DNA from: Candidatus Desantisbacteria bacterium CG1_02_49_89
GTDB lineage: Bacteria > Desantisbacteria > UBA1551
Length of the DNA stretch: 41,843 nucleotides
Direction: 5' to 3'
Assembly (NCBI GenBank): GCA_001871075.1
Contig: MNUP01000003.1
Coordinates: 1-41,843 of the forward strand
This document shows positions 1 through 9,800 of the stretch, one piece after another; the first letter of the stretch is position 1; each line of letters opens with the position of its first letter. Under the pieces are notes generated by a model. The model made no database searches. It was not told the DNA's origin and worked only from the letters and a program-made list of their open reading frames with translations. The position numbers and the translations under genes are program-made.

Positions 1-17
1 TTCTTGTGGAATAGATC

Positions 18-920
18 TTATTTGATGCTATAGTCAGCAATATATGTGTAAGATGAGAAGAAATCTTCAAGCCATTTTCCGATCAACGGCCAGTAGTCTG
101 ACATGGGTTTTGACACCGTCTTATCTTTTTCTTTGACTTTCCACTGGTCTTTTTTTACGGCTATCACCTTGCTTGGTTCCCCCGGGCCTTTGATGTTGAC
201 CGAGAACGCGAGGACATCCGGATTATTCGGGGATTTCGCCGGAGCGTAAATATCAATAATGCAGTCGCCGATCTTTATCGTTTCATCCGAGAATTTCATG
301 ATCGTAACCTGCACCAGCGCCACACCGTCAACGCCCAATTCGGTCCTGAGCGCGGAAAATACTTTTTTGGGTAGGTCACCGCCGGACAAGAACCTTAGTC
401 CGGGAGCCGGGAGCTTCCATAGATCATAATTCAAGTATTCCCACGCAGGCGGTAATGCAAAACCTGCGCCCTGGGATTTAATCTCTCCCGGGAAAGTCTT
501 TGTGTCCAGCGCCTGGTAAGAACTTGCGGACGAAGCTGCTTCTAAGGGAAGAACTACAAGTTTTGTTGGCCTAAAACTTCTCTGGAATGACTGAACTACT
601 AAGGACGGAAATTCAATCGCCTGTTTTTTCATGTCGTCAAAGGTCGCGCCTGTTATTACCGCGCCGACCATTCCGCCAAGCAGGCCTCCTCCGATCGTTG
701 GTCCACGATAAGGAACCAGGACATATCTGGTGTTTATGCCCGCCACCACGATTTTTGTGGGCACAGCCACGATCGCGCCCTTCGTGCGGCTGAAGTCTGT
801 GATAACGTTAACATTCTTAGCGATGAAGTCCTTTGTTTCCTTTTCCGATTCAAACGCCATGGCCTGAACCGCTGACACGGCAATCGCCCCGATAACCGCC
901 AGAACCAATAATCTCTTCAT
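18..920 (-). CDS. Hypothetical exported protein (300 aa)
   Basis: N-terminal signal peptide (MKRLLVLAVIGAIAVSAVQAMA), glycine-zipper-like GGGLLGGMVGAVITG, AAGGAAGG RBS upstream; no family recognised. Confidence 0.75.
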   Translation of the reverse strand: MKRLLVLAVIGAIAVSAVQAMAFESEKETKDFIAKNVNVITDFSRTKGAIVAVPTKIVVAGINTRYVLVPYRGPTIGGGLLGGMVGAVITGATFDDMKKQAIEFPSLVVQSFQRSFRPTKLVVLPLEAASSASSYQALDTKTFPGEIKSQGAGFALPPAWEYLNYDLWKLPAPGLRFLSGGDLPKKVFSALRTELGVDGVALVQVTIMKFSDETIKIGDCIIDIYAPAKSPNNPDVLAFSVNIKGPGEPSKVIAVKKDQWKVKEKDKTVSKPMSDYWPLIGKWLEDFFSSYTYIADYSIK

Positions 921-959
921 TGCACCTTCCTTTACGTATTTGATATATATTTCTTATCT

Positions 960-987
960 ATTATATATATTTTCCATAAAAAGTCAA
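960..987 (-). promoter_or_regulatory. sigma70-type promoter for the 18..920 gene
   Basis: TTGACT (987-982), 16-nt spacer, TATAAT (965-960) on the minus strand. Confidence 0.55.
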
Positions 988-1054
988 GTAAAAGTTATAA
1001 AAAAACAGTGATCTTAATGTTTTTAATGAAAAATGTATTTAATATGTTTTTGAC

Positions 1055-1082
1055 TTGACATTTATTAAATTTATGATAAAAT
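1055..1082 (+). promoter_or_regulatory. sigma70-type promoter of the membrane operon
   Basis: TTGACA (1055-1060), 16-nt spacer ending TGA, TAAAAT (1077-1082). Confidence 0.6.
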
Positions 1083-1165
1083 AATTACATATTATATATT
1101 TTCCTGATTACACCGATTAATGATATAGTTTTATATTAGTAAATATGACACAACACCTTGATAGT

Positions 1166-1235
1166 TGTCATTGCGAGCGATAGCGAAGCAATCTGTATAC
1201 GAGATTGCTTCGTCATTTCATTCCTCGCAATGACA
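1166..1235. repeat. Palindromic element (TGTCATTGCGAG...GAAGCAATC...GATTGCTTC...CTCGCAATGACA)
   Basis: Nested inverted repeats visible directly; resembles a widespread bacterial palindromic repeat/MITE type. Confidence 0.75.
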
Positions 1236-1401
1236 GATTAGTCGGCGATTTGTGTTACAGGGCATTAGTAATATCTTAAATCTGTGTAATTGTCATTCAG
1301 AAATCGGAGTGATCATTAGTTAAAAATCGGTGAAATTCGTCGTAGATACGACTTAACCCGCAAAGAATGTTGCGAAGCAAAGATCATCAGAAGGAGTTAT
1401 T

Positions 1402-2262
1402 CTGGAAAATTTTAAGCCTTTTGCCTGGCAGGGCATATCAATAAGGATCCCGGAAGAATGGGATCTCGGTGCGGTTTCGGGCGACAGCAAGGAAGGATAC
1501 TTCCGCCTGGACGACCCGGAAGACGTGCGCCTTGAACTCAGGTGGCGCAAGGAAAAGGATAAGGCAGACCTTGAAAAAGTCCTGAAAAAATACATTGACA
1601 GCCTCAAGGAAGGGGTAAAAAGAAAGAAGTTTTCGTTCTCCGAAATAAAACCGAGGGATATATTCGCGGATATACACCTGCGCAACAAGGAGAAGAGGAT
1701 ATTCTCCTGGAGATCCGGGAACAGGGAAGTGCTGAACCTGGTCGCGCAGTGCAACGAGTGCCATAATATAATAATGGCCCAGGTCTCCGTGACGGAAAAG
1801 GACGCTGAAAAGATACCGGAAATTTTCGCGGGCCTTGAAGACCACGCACAGGGTGACTTGGCACAGTGGGCGGTATATGATTTTAAATTTTCAATGCCGG
1901 CCTATTATACCCTGGATAAATTCTCGCTGAGAAGCGGGTACCTTGAGTTCAATTTTTTAGGGCCCGGCGCCGAGTTAAAACTGAGAAGGTGGGGCCTTGC
2001 GGGAATGCTGCTCAAGGGCATGGCACTTGAGAAATGGGCGGCAGGCGTTGCGCCCAAAACACTTAAAAGGGAATTTTCAAAGATCGTGAAAAAGGAAGAG
2101 CCGCTTCACGAAATAGTGGAGCTTGCGCTGAAACGCTGGAGCTGGTTCGCCTTCTACGCGCGCCGCTGCACGGAAGTCAACAAGATATACGCGCTTGAAT
2201 ACAACGGCAGGAAGGAAGAAGCCCTTTTTAGCCGCATAGCGGCAAAAATCCAGTGCCATTAA
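1402..2262 (+). CDS. Hypothetical soluble protein, first gene of the membrane operon (about 286 aa, probable CTG start)
   Basis: Frame open from the TAA at 1354-1356; AAGGAG at 1391-1396 lies 5 nt before an in-frame CTG at 1402; the extension (FKPFAWQGISIRIPEEWDL) resembles the internal segment LAQWAVYDFKFSMPAYYTL. Confidence 0.75.
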   Translation: MENFKPFAWQGISIRIPEEWDLGAVSGDSKEGYFRLDDPEDVRLELRWRKEKDKADLEKVLKKYIDSLKEGVKRKKFSFSEIKPRDIFADIHLRNKEKRIFSWRSGNREVLNLVAQCNECHNIIMAQVSVTEKDAEKIPEIFAGLEDHAQGDLAQWAVYDFKFSMPAYYTLDKFSLRSGYLEFNFLGPGAELKLRRWGLAGMLLKGMALEKWAAGVAPKTLKREFSKIVKKEEPLHEIVELALKRWSWFAFYARRCTEVNKIYALEYNGRKEEALFSRIAAKIQCH

Positions 2263-2269
2263 AAAATAA

Positions 2270-2366
2270 CCACGGAGACACTGAGGCACAGAGATTGTAA
2301 GTTAGAGTTTCATATATCCGGAGAATAAAAGCTATAATTTTTCTCCGTGTCTCAGTGCCTCTGTGG
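2270..2366. repeat. Intergenic inverted 9-mer repeat pair (CCACGGAGACACTGAGGCACAGAGA ... TCTCCGTGTCTCAGTGCCTCTGTGG)
   Basis: The two arms are near-perfect reverse complements around an AT-rich loop. Confidence 0.8.
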
Positions 2367-2382
2367 TAGAGTTTATTTGAAA

Positions 2383-2760
2383 ATGCTAAAACAAAAAGAA
2401 AAAGCGCCAAAACTTACAAGAAGGGACATCCTGGATTCCCGCCCGGTGAGGAACGCGGACTTAAAGTGGGAAAGAGCGGAAAACGGGGAGGTACGCATAA
2501 CCCTTCCCCTGCGCAAGACCTGGTGGGCAGGGATCCTTTCCAAGGTATTCACGGCCCCGAAGCAGAGGGTCCTGGGCCTTGACGAGATCGGGACCAAGGT
2601 GTGGGACGCCTGCGACGGGAACAGGACCGTGGAGCAGATGATCCAGCTGCTGAGCGATGACCTTAAAATGAACCGCAGGGAAGTGGAGACATCTCTTCTG
2701 CATTACCTGAAGACCCTGGGGTCGCGCGGCCTTATAGGGTTCGCAGTAGATAAAAAATAA
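2383..2760 (+). CDS. PqqD-family / RiPP recognition element (RRE)-like protein
   Basis: LDEIGTKVWDACDGNRTVEQMIQLL...LLHYLKTLGSRGLI matches the PqqD pattern; ATG at 2383 chosen as start. Confidence 0.8.
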   Translation: MLKQKEKAPKLTRRDILDSRPVRNADLKWERAENGEVRITLPLRKTWWAGILSKVFTAPKQRVLGLDEIGTKVWDACDGNRTVEQMIQLLSDDLKMNRREVETSLLHYLKTLGSRGLIGFAVDKK

Positions 2761-2882
2761 AATCGTTCATCGTTCATCGTTCATCGTCAGATTTTCTTTT
2801 TTCCCCTGTTTAAAAGGGGAATGCCGGGGGATTGCGACGCACGAAGCACGACGGACGATGCACGAGATTCAGGGGGGATAAC

Positions 2883-3503
2883 ATGGCGCATGAAAAACAG
2901 GAAAGACAGATCCACATGCCTTTGAGCGAAGCGTTCAAGATAGCGATTAGAAGCCTGCGCATAAGGTTCTGGAGGGCGATGATCACGACGCTGGGCATAA
3001 TGCTGGCGATCGCGTTCCTGGCGTCCATACTTACCTCAAACGCCATAAGCGTCAACCTTAAACTGGCGAGGGAAGAGATCCCCGCGCAGAGAGTGTGGGT
3101 TGTTATAATGTCCCTGCTGGTCTGCGTAGTAGGTATAACCAACTCCATGCTGATGGCGGTGACCGAAAGATACAAAGAGATCGGGACAATGAAGTGCCTC
3201 GGAGCTCTTGACAGGTTCATCATAGAGCTGTTCCTGCTTGAGTCAAGCCTGCAGGGTTTCATTGGCTCGCTTATAGGGACTCTGGGCGGGGTCATAACGA
3301 TGATCATCATGTATGCTTCCAAAGAGGGCGGCAAGGTCGGCGGCGCTCTGCAATTCTTTAAGAGTTTTTCGCTTACAGACATAGGCTGGATAATCCTGGC
3401 GTGCGTCGGCATAGGAGTGGCGCTTTCCGGCATCGGCGCGCTTTATCCCTCATACCGAGCCGCGAAGATGGTCCCGGCTGACGCAATGCGGGTCGAGCTC
3501 TAG
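2883..3503 (+). CDS. Small FtsX-like ABC permease lacking a large periplasmic domain
   Basis: GITNSMLMAVTERYKEIGTMKCLGA and YPSYRAAKMVPADAMR FtsX motifs; GGGGG RBS before ATG 2883. Confidence 0.85.
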   Translation: MAHEKQERQIHMPLSEAFKIAIRSLRIRFWRAMITTLGIMLAIAFLASILTSNAISVNLKLAREEIPAQRVWVVIMSLLVCVVGITNSMLMAVTERYKEIGTMKCLGALDRFIIELFLLESSLQGFIGSLIGTLGGVITMIIMYASKEGGKVGGALQFFKSFSLTDIGWIILACVGIGVALSGIGALYPSYRAAKMVPADAMRVEL

Positions 3504-3672
3504 TAATCCGATTAGCGCAACGCGGCGGCTCTTCGTGTAAGGTGCCCGCCCTGCACAAAGGCAGGGCGAGGTCTCGCCCCGATATTGATCGGGGCGGATA
3601 ACGTGTAAGGCAAAATCGGTGTAATCATAACCTGAAATCTGTGTAATCATATTTAATTTAAAGGAGGAAGAA

Positions 3673-4431
3673 ATGGCAGAAGAAAAGGCAGCTGACGAAA
3701 GGGTTGCTACAGTAAAGACGACGGGCCTTGTCAAAGAGTTCGTGATGGGCTCGGTCGTCGTGAAGGCGCTGCAGGGAGTGCATGTTGAAATAAAGAAAGG
3801 CGAATATATTTCGATCATGGGGCCGTCCGGCTCTGGCAAGACTACCCTTTTCAACATGATAGGGGGGCTTGACAAGCCGACTGACGGTAAGGTTTTCATA
3901 GACGAAATAGATATAGCTCAACTGGACGCCTACGAACTGGCGTGGCTGCGCTGCAGGAAAATAGGGTACATATTCCAGTCGTTCAACCTCATACCCGTTA
4001 TGACCGCCATTGAGAACGTCACCCTTCCCATGATCTTTGCCGGCACTCCCAATGACCAGGCGATGGACAAGGGGAAGGAACTGCTGGAGCTTGTAGGCCT
4101 TGGGGACCGCATCAAGCACAAGCCCCTGGAGCTTTCGGGAGGCCAGCAGCAGCGCGTTGCCATAGCAAGGTCGCTGGCGAACGATCCTGCGATCGTGCTC
4201 GCCGACGAGCCGACCGGGAACCTGGACCTGAAGACCGGCAAAGAGATCATAAGCCTGCTGAAAAGGCTGAACAGGGAAAAAAGCGTTACGGTTATTTCCG
4301 CGACCCACGACCTTAAGATGATAGACGTTTCGGACCGCATTATATGGATCCGCGACGGAAGGGTCGAAAGGATCGAGGAAAGAGAAGAAGTCAAGATGAA
4401 GGTGGGAGAGATCGAGGGAGAGGACGCGTAA
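3673..4431 (+). CDS. ABC transporter ATP-binding protein, LolD/MacB type
   Basis: Walker A GPSGSGKT, LSGGQQQRVAIAR signature, LADEPTGNLD, ATHD; AAGGAGG RBS. Confidence 0.95.
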   Translation: MAEEKAADERVATVKTTGLVKEFVMGSVVVKALQGVHVEIKKGEYISIMGPSGSGKTTLFNMIGGLDKPTDGKVFIDEIDIAQLDAYELAWLRCRKIGYIFQSFNLIPVMTAIENVTLPMIFAGTPNDQAMDKGKELLELVGLGDRIKHKPLELSGGQQQRVAIARSLANDPAIVLADEPTGNLDLKTGKEIISLLKRLNREKSVTVISATHDLKMIDVSDRIIWIRDGRVERIEEREEVKMKVGEIEGEDA

Positions 4432-4609
4432 TAATCTTTCGTGCATCGTCCGTCGTGCATCGTGCGTCGCAGAAACAGTTACTCGTTACCCCCTGCAGGT
4501 TTCTACGAAACCAAAACGCGGGGATCTTCGGCTGGTTACTAGTTGCTCGTTAAAGTTTTTACGATGAACGATGAACGACGAACGTCATTTTGCAGGGACG
4601 GGGGTGGAT

Positions 4610-6592
4610 ATGGGTAACGGGACGAATGTTGGGAAAGGATTTACGCCCAGAGCGTTCATTATCGGCATAATCTGCGTGCTTTTTCTTTCGATCGCGACGC
4701 CTTACTGCGACCTTGTGCTGAGGAGCACGTGGATCGGTTCCACGTTCCTGCCCATCGGGGCAATTTCGATATTCGTGGGGCTGATCCTCGTTCTGAACAC
4801 GATCCTTAAGGCAATGAAACTGGGCCTGAACACCTCGGAGCTGTTGCTGATCTACTGCATGATGATATTCGGCGCAGGCATCCCGTCGTTCGGGCTTTCG
4901 GTCCTGCTCATACCCAACATGAGCGCCCCGTTCTACCTGGCGAATGCCACCAACAAATGGAATAATTTCCTGCAGTACGTGCCGAAGTGGCTTGCCCCGC
5001 AGGACAAGGACGCGATAAGATACCTTTACGAAGGCCTTCCGGACGGCGCGAGCATGAGCATGCCCGCGCTTATCAGGCAGATCCCCTGGAAGCCGTGGAT
5101 CAAGCCGCTTTTCTTCTGGTCAATACTGGTGGCGGGGATCTACCTTGCCATGTTCAGCCTGGTTGTCATACTGCGTAAGCAGTGGGTGGAGAATGAGAAG
5201 CTCGTTTTTCCCACAGCGACCCTTCCGGTCGAGATGGTTACGGTCGAGCAGGGAACGCCTTCTTTCTTGCCCAGCTTTTTCAAGAACAAGATAATGTGGA
5301 TCTTCTTCGCGATACCGGCCGTCATATACTCGCTCCAGGGCCTTCACTATTACTTCCCCGCGATCCCGCAGATAACCCTTTTCCTTGACCTGGGGCAATA
5401 CCTTAAGGACAAACCCTGGAATGCCATGAAGTATATGTGGATACGCGTTTATTTCGTTGCGGTGGGTTTTGTTTTCCTGCTGCCGCTGCAGCTTGCTTTC
5501 AGCCTGTGGTTCTTCTATTTCTTCTTCCAGCTGCAGTCTGTCACGGGGAGTTTAATGGGATTCCCGATGCCGGAGATGGCAGGATATCCGTGCAGGGCTT
5601 TTGCCGGATACCAGATGGCAGGCGCGACCCTGACCTTCGCGGTCCTTTCGTTCTGGGGCATGAGGGGCCACCTGAAGGATATTTTCGCCAAGGTGTTCAA
5701 AAATGACCCCAAGGTTGACGACTCCAATGAGCCGGCGTCCTATAAGTTCGCGGTGTTCGGCCTGATAGCAGGCATACTGCTTATCGCGGTCTGGGGAATG
5801 ATGGCAGGGGTTAATTTCTGGCTGATGCTCCTGGTAGCCGTTATATATTTCCTTATTCTTGTATCGATGACCCGGCTTGTTTCCGAGGGCGGGATGTATT
5901 ACGTGCAGCAGCAGTTCAGGCCCCTTGAGCTCATAATACCCTTCACCGGCAGTGCGGCGATAGCTCCCGCAAGCATAACAATGATCGCGCTTTTCGAGCA
6001 GGCATTCGTGCGGGACATCAGGGCGACGCTCATGCCTTTCCTGATGGACGGCTACAAGATATCGGATTCAATGAACGTCAAAAAGAGGCAGGTCACCATA
6101 GCGATGGTGTGTTCAGTTGTCATAGCGGTGGTGGTTTCCTACGCGGCAGTGCTTGCTTTTATGTACAAGTACGGCGGCGTGAACCTTGATAACTGGTTCA
6201 CCCAGGGCTATCCGGGAGGCGTGACAAGCTCCCGCATTGCGGACCTTCTGAACAGGCCGAGAAAGCCCAGCATCAGGGACATAATTTCAATGATCGCCGG
6301 TGGCGGCGGGATGATATTTTTGCTCTGGATGAGAAGGCTTTTCCTGTGGTGGCCGTTCCACCCGCTGGGGTACATCATGGGAATTTCATGGCCGGTACTC
6401 CAGCTGTGGTTCTCGATATTTATAGCGTGGCTCGCGAAGGTCATAGTCCTGAAGATCGGGGGCATAAAGGTATACAGGATGCTTGTCCCCGGGTTCCTGG
6501 GGTTGATACTGGGAGAATTCGTGACGATCGGCGTCTGGGCACTTGTTGACTTCTTCCTCGGCGTCAAAGGACACCAGATCCTGTTTATATAA
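4610..6592 (+). CDS. Polytopic membrane protein, OPT-like (DUF6785/DUF6784-like) putative peptide transporter
   Basis: Many hydrophobic helices; LRKQWVENEKLVFP resembles the OPT E.L.FP motif; C-terminal WWPFHPLGY and GLILGE. Confidence 0.75.
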   Translation: MGNGTNVGKGFTPRAFIIGIICVLFLSIATPYCDLVLRSTWIGSTFLPIGAISIFVGLILVLNTILKAMKLGLNTSELLLIYCMMIFGAGIPSFGLSVLLIPNMSAPFYLANATNKWNNFLQYVPKWLAPQDKDAIRYLYEGLPDGASMSMPALIRQIPWKPWIKPLFFWSILVAGIYLAMFSLVVILRKQWVENEKLVFPTATLPVEMVTVEQGTPSFLPSFFKNKIMWIFFAIPAVIYSLQGLHYYFPAIPQITLFLDLGQYLKDKPWNAMKYMWIRVYFVAVGFVFLLPLQLAFSLWFFYFFFQLQSVTGSLMGFPMPEMAGYPCRAFAGYQMAGATLTFAVLSFWGMRGHLKDIFAKVFKNDPKVDDSNEPASYKFAVFGLIAGILLIAVWGMMAGVNFWLMLLVAVIYFLILVSMTRLVSEGGMYYVQQQFRPLELIIPFTGSAAIAPASITMIALFEQAFVRDIRATLMPFLMDGYKISDSMNVKKRQVTIAMVCSVVIAVVVSYAAVLAFMYKYGGVNLDNWFTQGYPGGVTSSRIADLLNRPRKPSIRDIISMIAGGGGMIFLLWMRRLFLWWPFHPLGYIMGISWPVLQLWFSIFIAWLAKVIVLKIGGIKVYRMLVPGFLGLILGEFVTIGVWALVDFFLGVKGHQILFI

Positions 6593-6894
6593 ATACATTT
6601 CAAATTGTAAATTTTAAATTGCAAATTGAAATTCGAAAATATACAGTGAAAACCACACGAGAATATTGCGAAGCAAAGAATTTTAAATTGCAAATTTTAA
6701 TTCCTTAAATTTGACTTTTGCAATTTATCCCCGCAGATTTCTTACCCTGTGAAATGCAAAGCATTTCCAGGACTTGAGTCCCTGAAATCGCATTCGCGAT
6801 TTCTAGGGGTGAAATCTAGACGCTGGGATCCCTTAGGGACAATTTGACTTTTAAAATTTATTTTGTCTTGAACTATAAAAAACAGGGGGATAGC

Positions 6895-9800
6895 ATGAGA
6901 AAAAAGATCTTTGTGGCTTTAACGATACCGCTGTTCTGTTTGTCCTTTATTCTTTTCACGGAGGCGCAGGATGATGAGTCAACAAACTACGCTTCCATTG
7001 CCGGCATTGTCGACGCGGGACGGCAGGCATCGGTCATACAGTACCTGGCGGGCCTGAAGTCCAGGATCACGGGCCTTGAAGGCGCGGACGCGGCAGCTTC
7101 GTACATTCAGGCGAAGTTCGCGGAACTTGGCCTGAGGGATATCCGGACCCTCGAATTCCCGGTCGTGGTGCCTGTTGAAAAACGCGCCGCCCTCACTGCC
7201 GCCGGGGGCAAATACGAACTCCATGCCCTCTGGCCCAACCTGACCAATCCATCCACTCCTGATTCCATAACCGGGCACATCATTTACGCGGGGACAAGCA
7301 AGCTGTATGAATACAACCAGAAATACGTGACCGGTTCGATAGTGCTGCTTGATTTTAACTGCGGCGGGGACTGGTTCAACGCGTTCCTGCTTGGAGCGAA
7401 GGCGGTCATATTCATTGAGCCGTCTGAAACCCTAAGGGGCGAAACGGAGAAAAAATACCTTTCAATACCCCTGTGCGTCCCCAGGTACTGGATCTCCCGC
7501 TCCCAGGGCGAAGCCCTCGCGAGAGCGGTTTCAGGCAAAAAGGAAATAATAGGCGAGCTGAGGTCAGCGATGGCCTGGGAGAAAAGGACGGGGAAGAATA
7601 TAGTCGGTTTCATACCCGGCCAGGACCCCAAGCTCAAGAACGACCTTGTGATAGTGGAATCATTTTACGACGCCATTTCCGTGGTGCCTGCCCTTGCTCC
7701 GGGCGCCGAGGATGCGTGCGGCATTTCCGCGCTGCTTGAGGTGGCAAGAACGCTTAAGGCATTCCCTCCCAAGCGCACGACCATGATACTCGCGTCCAGC
7801 GGCCACTTCCAGGGCCTTGCAGGCATGAAACATTTTATGAACTACTGGAACGAGCAGGCAGGCAAGGAAAAAGAGGGGAAAAAGACTACGGAAGACAACC
7901 TTGCTTTCAAGAAACCCGCGAAGTGCTCGAGCCGCGAGCCCTCGATATCGTATGTCCCGGACAGCGCGTTCGACGGAAAGATGAACACAAGATGGTCCTC
8001 GTCCCAGCGCAGGAGGGATGATGAATGGCTCACGGTGGATCTGCAAAAGCCGGAAACGATCGCGCAGATAGTTCTGCAGTGGGAGCTTTCATACTGCCCC
8101 AGATACGTTCTCATGTCTTCAGTTGACGGCACATCGTGGGACACTATTATTGAGGCTAAGTCCAATAAGGGCGGGGAAGACGTTGTAGCGTTTACGCCCC
8201 GCACAGCAAGGTACCTGAAGATGCAGCAGCTCAGCAGGGTTACGGGCTCAAGCGGCTGCTCGCTGTGGGAATTTGAGGTTTATCCAAAGCAGGTTACGGC
8301 GGTTACGGCGGTGCAATTCCCCGAGATCGCCCTGTCTATCTCGCTTGACCTTTCCAGCCGCGGAGAGGGAGTGGGCATTTTCTACAAGGGTTCTTTTTAC
8401 GACCAGAGGGAAGACGACCTGAAACCCAAGTATTCATCCATGGGGATGATGTGCTCGACATACGCTTCCGCGATAAGCGAGGAGCTGGGATTACCCGAGC
8501 AGTATTTCGCCAACGGCATAAACCCGCTGAAAGGAAGGTCGTGGAGGACGTTCATCCCCACCGACATGGCTTTTAACGGCGAAGCGGTGACGCTGTTCGG
8601 CAGGACAGGCATTACGCTTGCCTCGACAAATGACGGCCGCCCGCTGGTGGATACTCCGCTGAACAAGTTTGACAAGATCAACGTTTCAAACCTGGGCAGG
8701 CAGACGAAGTTCGCGGCCTGCCTTGTTAACAAGATGGTCAACGGCCCGAAGATGCTGACAAAACTCGACATCCCCAATTACGCCTGCACGCTGAAGGGAA
8801 GGGTTGTTGAGTTTGACCCCAGGGTGTCTTACATACCCAACACGCCGGTGCCCGGCGCCATAGTCGCGGGAAGGGGAAGGGCGAAGATCTTCACCGGGGT
8901 GCGCGGGGAGCTGATAGACATCGCAAGCTTTGAAGGAGGAGAAAACGGGACAGACACGGCGTCCTTTAAATTCATAGGCCTGCCGTCGGTCAGGACCAGT
9001 TTCATCCCGCCCGAGAACAAACAGCAGGTCGAGGCGTACATAATAGACACCGGAGGCCAGGTCATATACGCTCCGGATATGGGAGAGCAGGGAGCAAAGG
9101 CGTATCCGATATCAGTGCCGCTGGACTGGGCCGAGAAAGAGGCGACCGTAGTCGTTTTTCCCTGCGTGAGCGTGTCGATGTATGACCTGATCGACCAGAG
9201 GTTCTACAAGACGTTCCAGTCGGTAAGCGTTTTCGACGGAAAGACCAACGCCGAGCCCACGCTTTACGGGTTTTCTTTCCCAAGGCAGATGGGCACGTTC
9301 TTCCAGGAGCCTGCCGCCCTCATCTACATGAGGCCGAACGAGCTCCTTAAGGTCACAATGGGCGCGGGCATAGTGGGCACCCAGTTCACGCTCTTGAACT
9401 CGACCGAGACCGAACCACTGGGCCGCGGGTATAAAGCGATGTTCCACTCAAGCGTTCCGCTCACGCCGTACAAAGTGGCAAAGGACATGTGGATCCTTGA
9501 CAACTGGAGGATGGGCATCCTGAAAAGGCGCGGCATCGAGAATAACCGGCTTGAAGAGCTGCACCGCCTCGCGCTGAGGGACCTTACCAGGGCTGACACG
9601 GCGCTTGCCGCCATGGATTACGAGCATTTTATAAGGTATTCCCGCACAGCGTGGGGTTTTGAATCAAGGGCTTACCCTGATGTGCGCGCCACAGGCGACG
9701 ACGTTGTCAAGGGGGTCATATTTTATTTATTCCTGCTCCTGCCTTTCGCGTATTTCCTGGAAAGGCTTTTCTTCGCGTTCCCCGACATCAGGAAGCAGAT

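Noticed and set aside
6208-6894. ORF 6208..6693 (-) and the upstream TTG/GTG extensions of 6844, 2347, 2832, 4571, 13949 and 36667
   Set aside because: The extensions translate repeat arrays; better starts with an RBS or family-consistent N-terminus lie downstream
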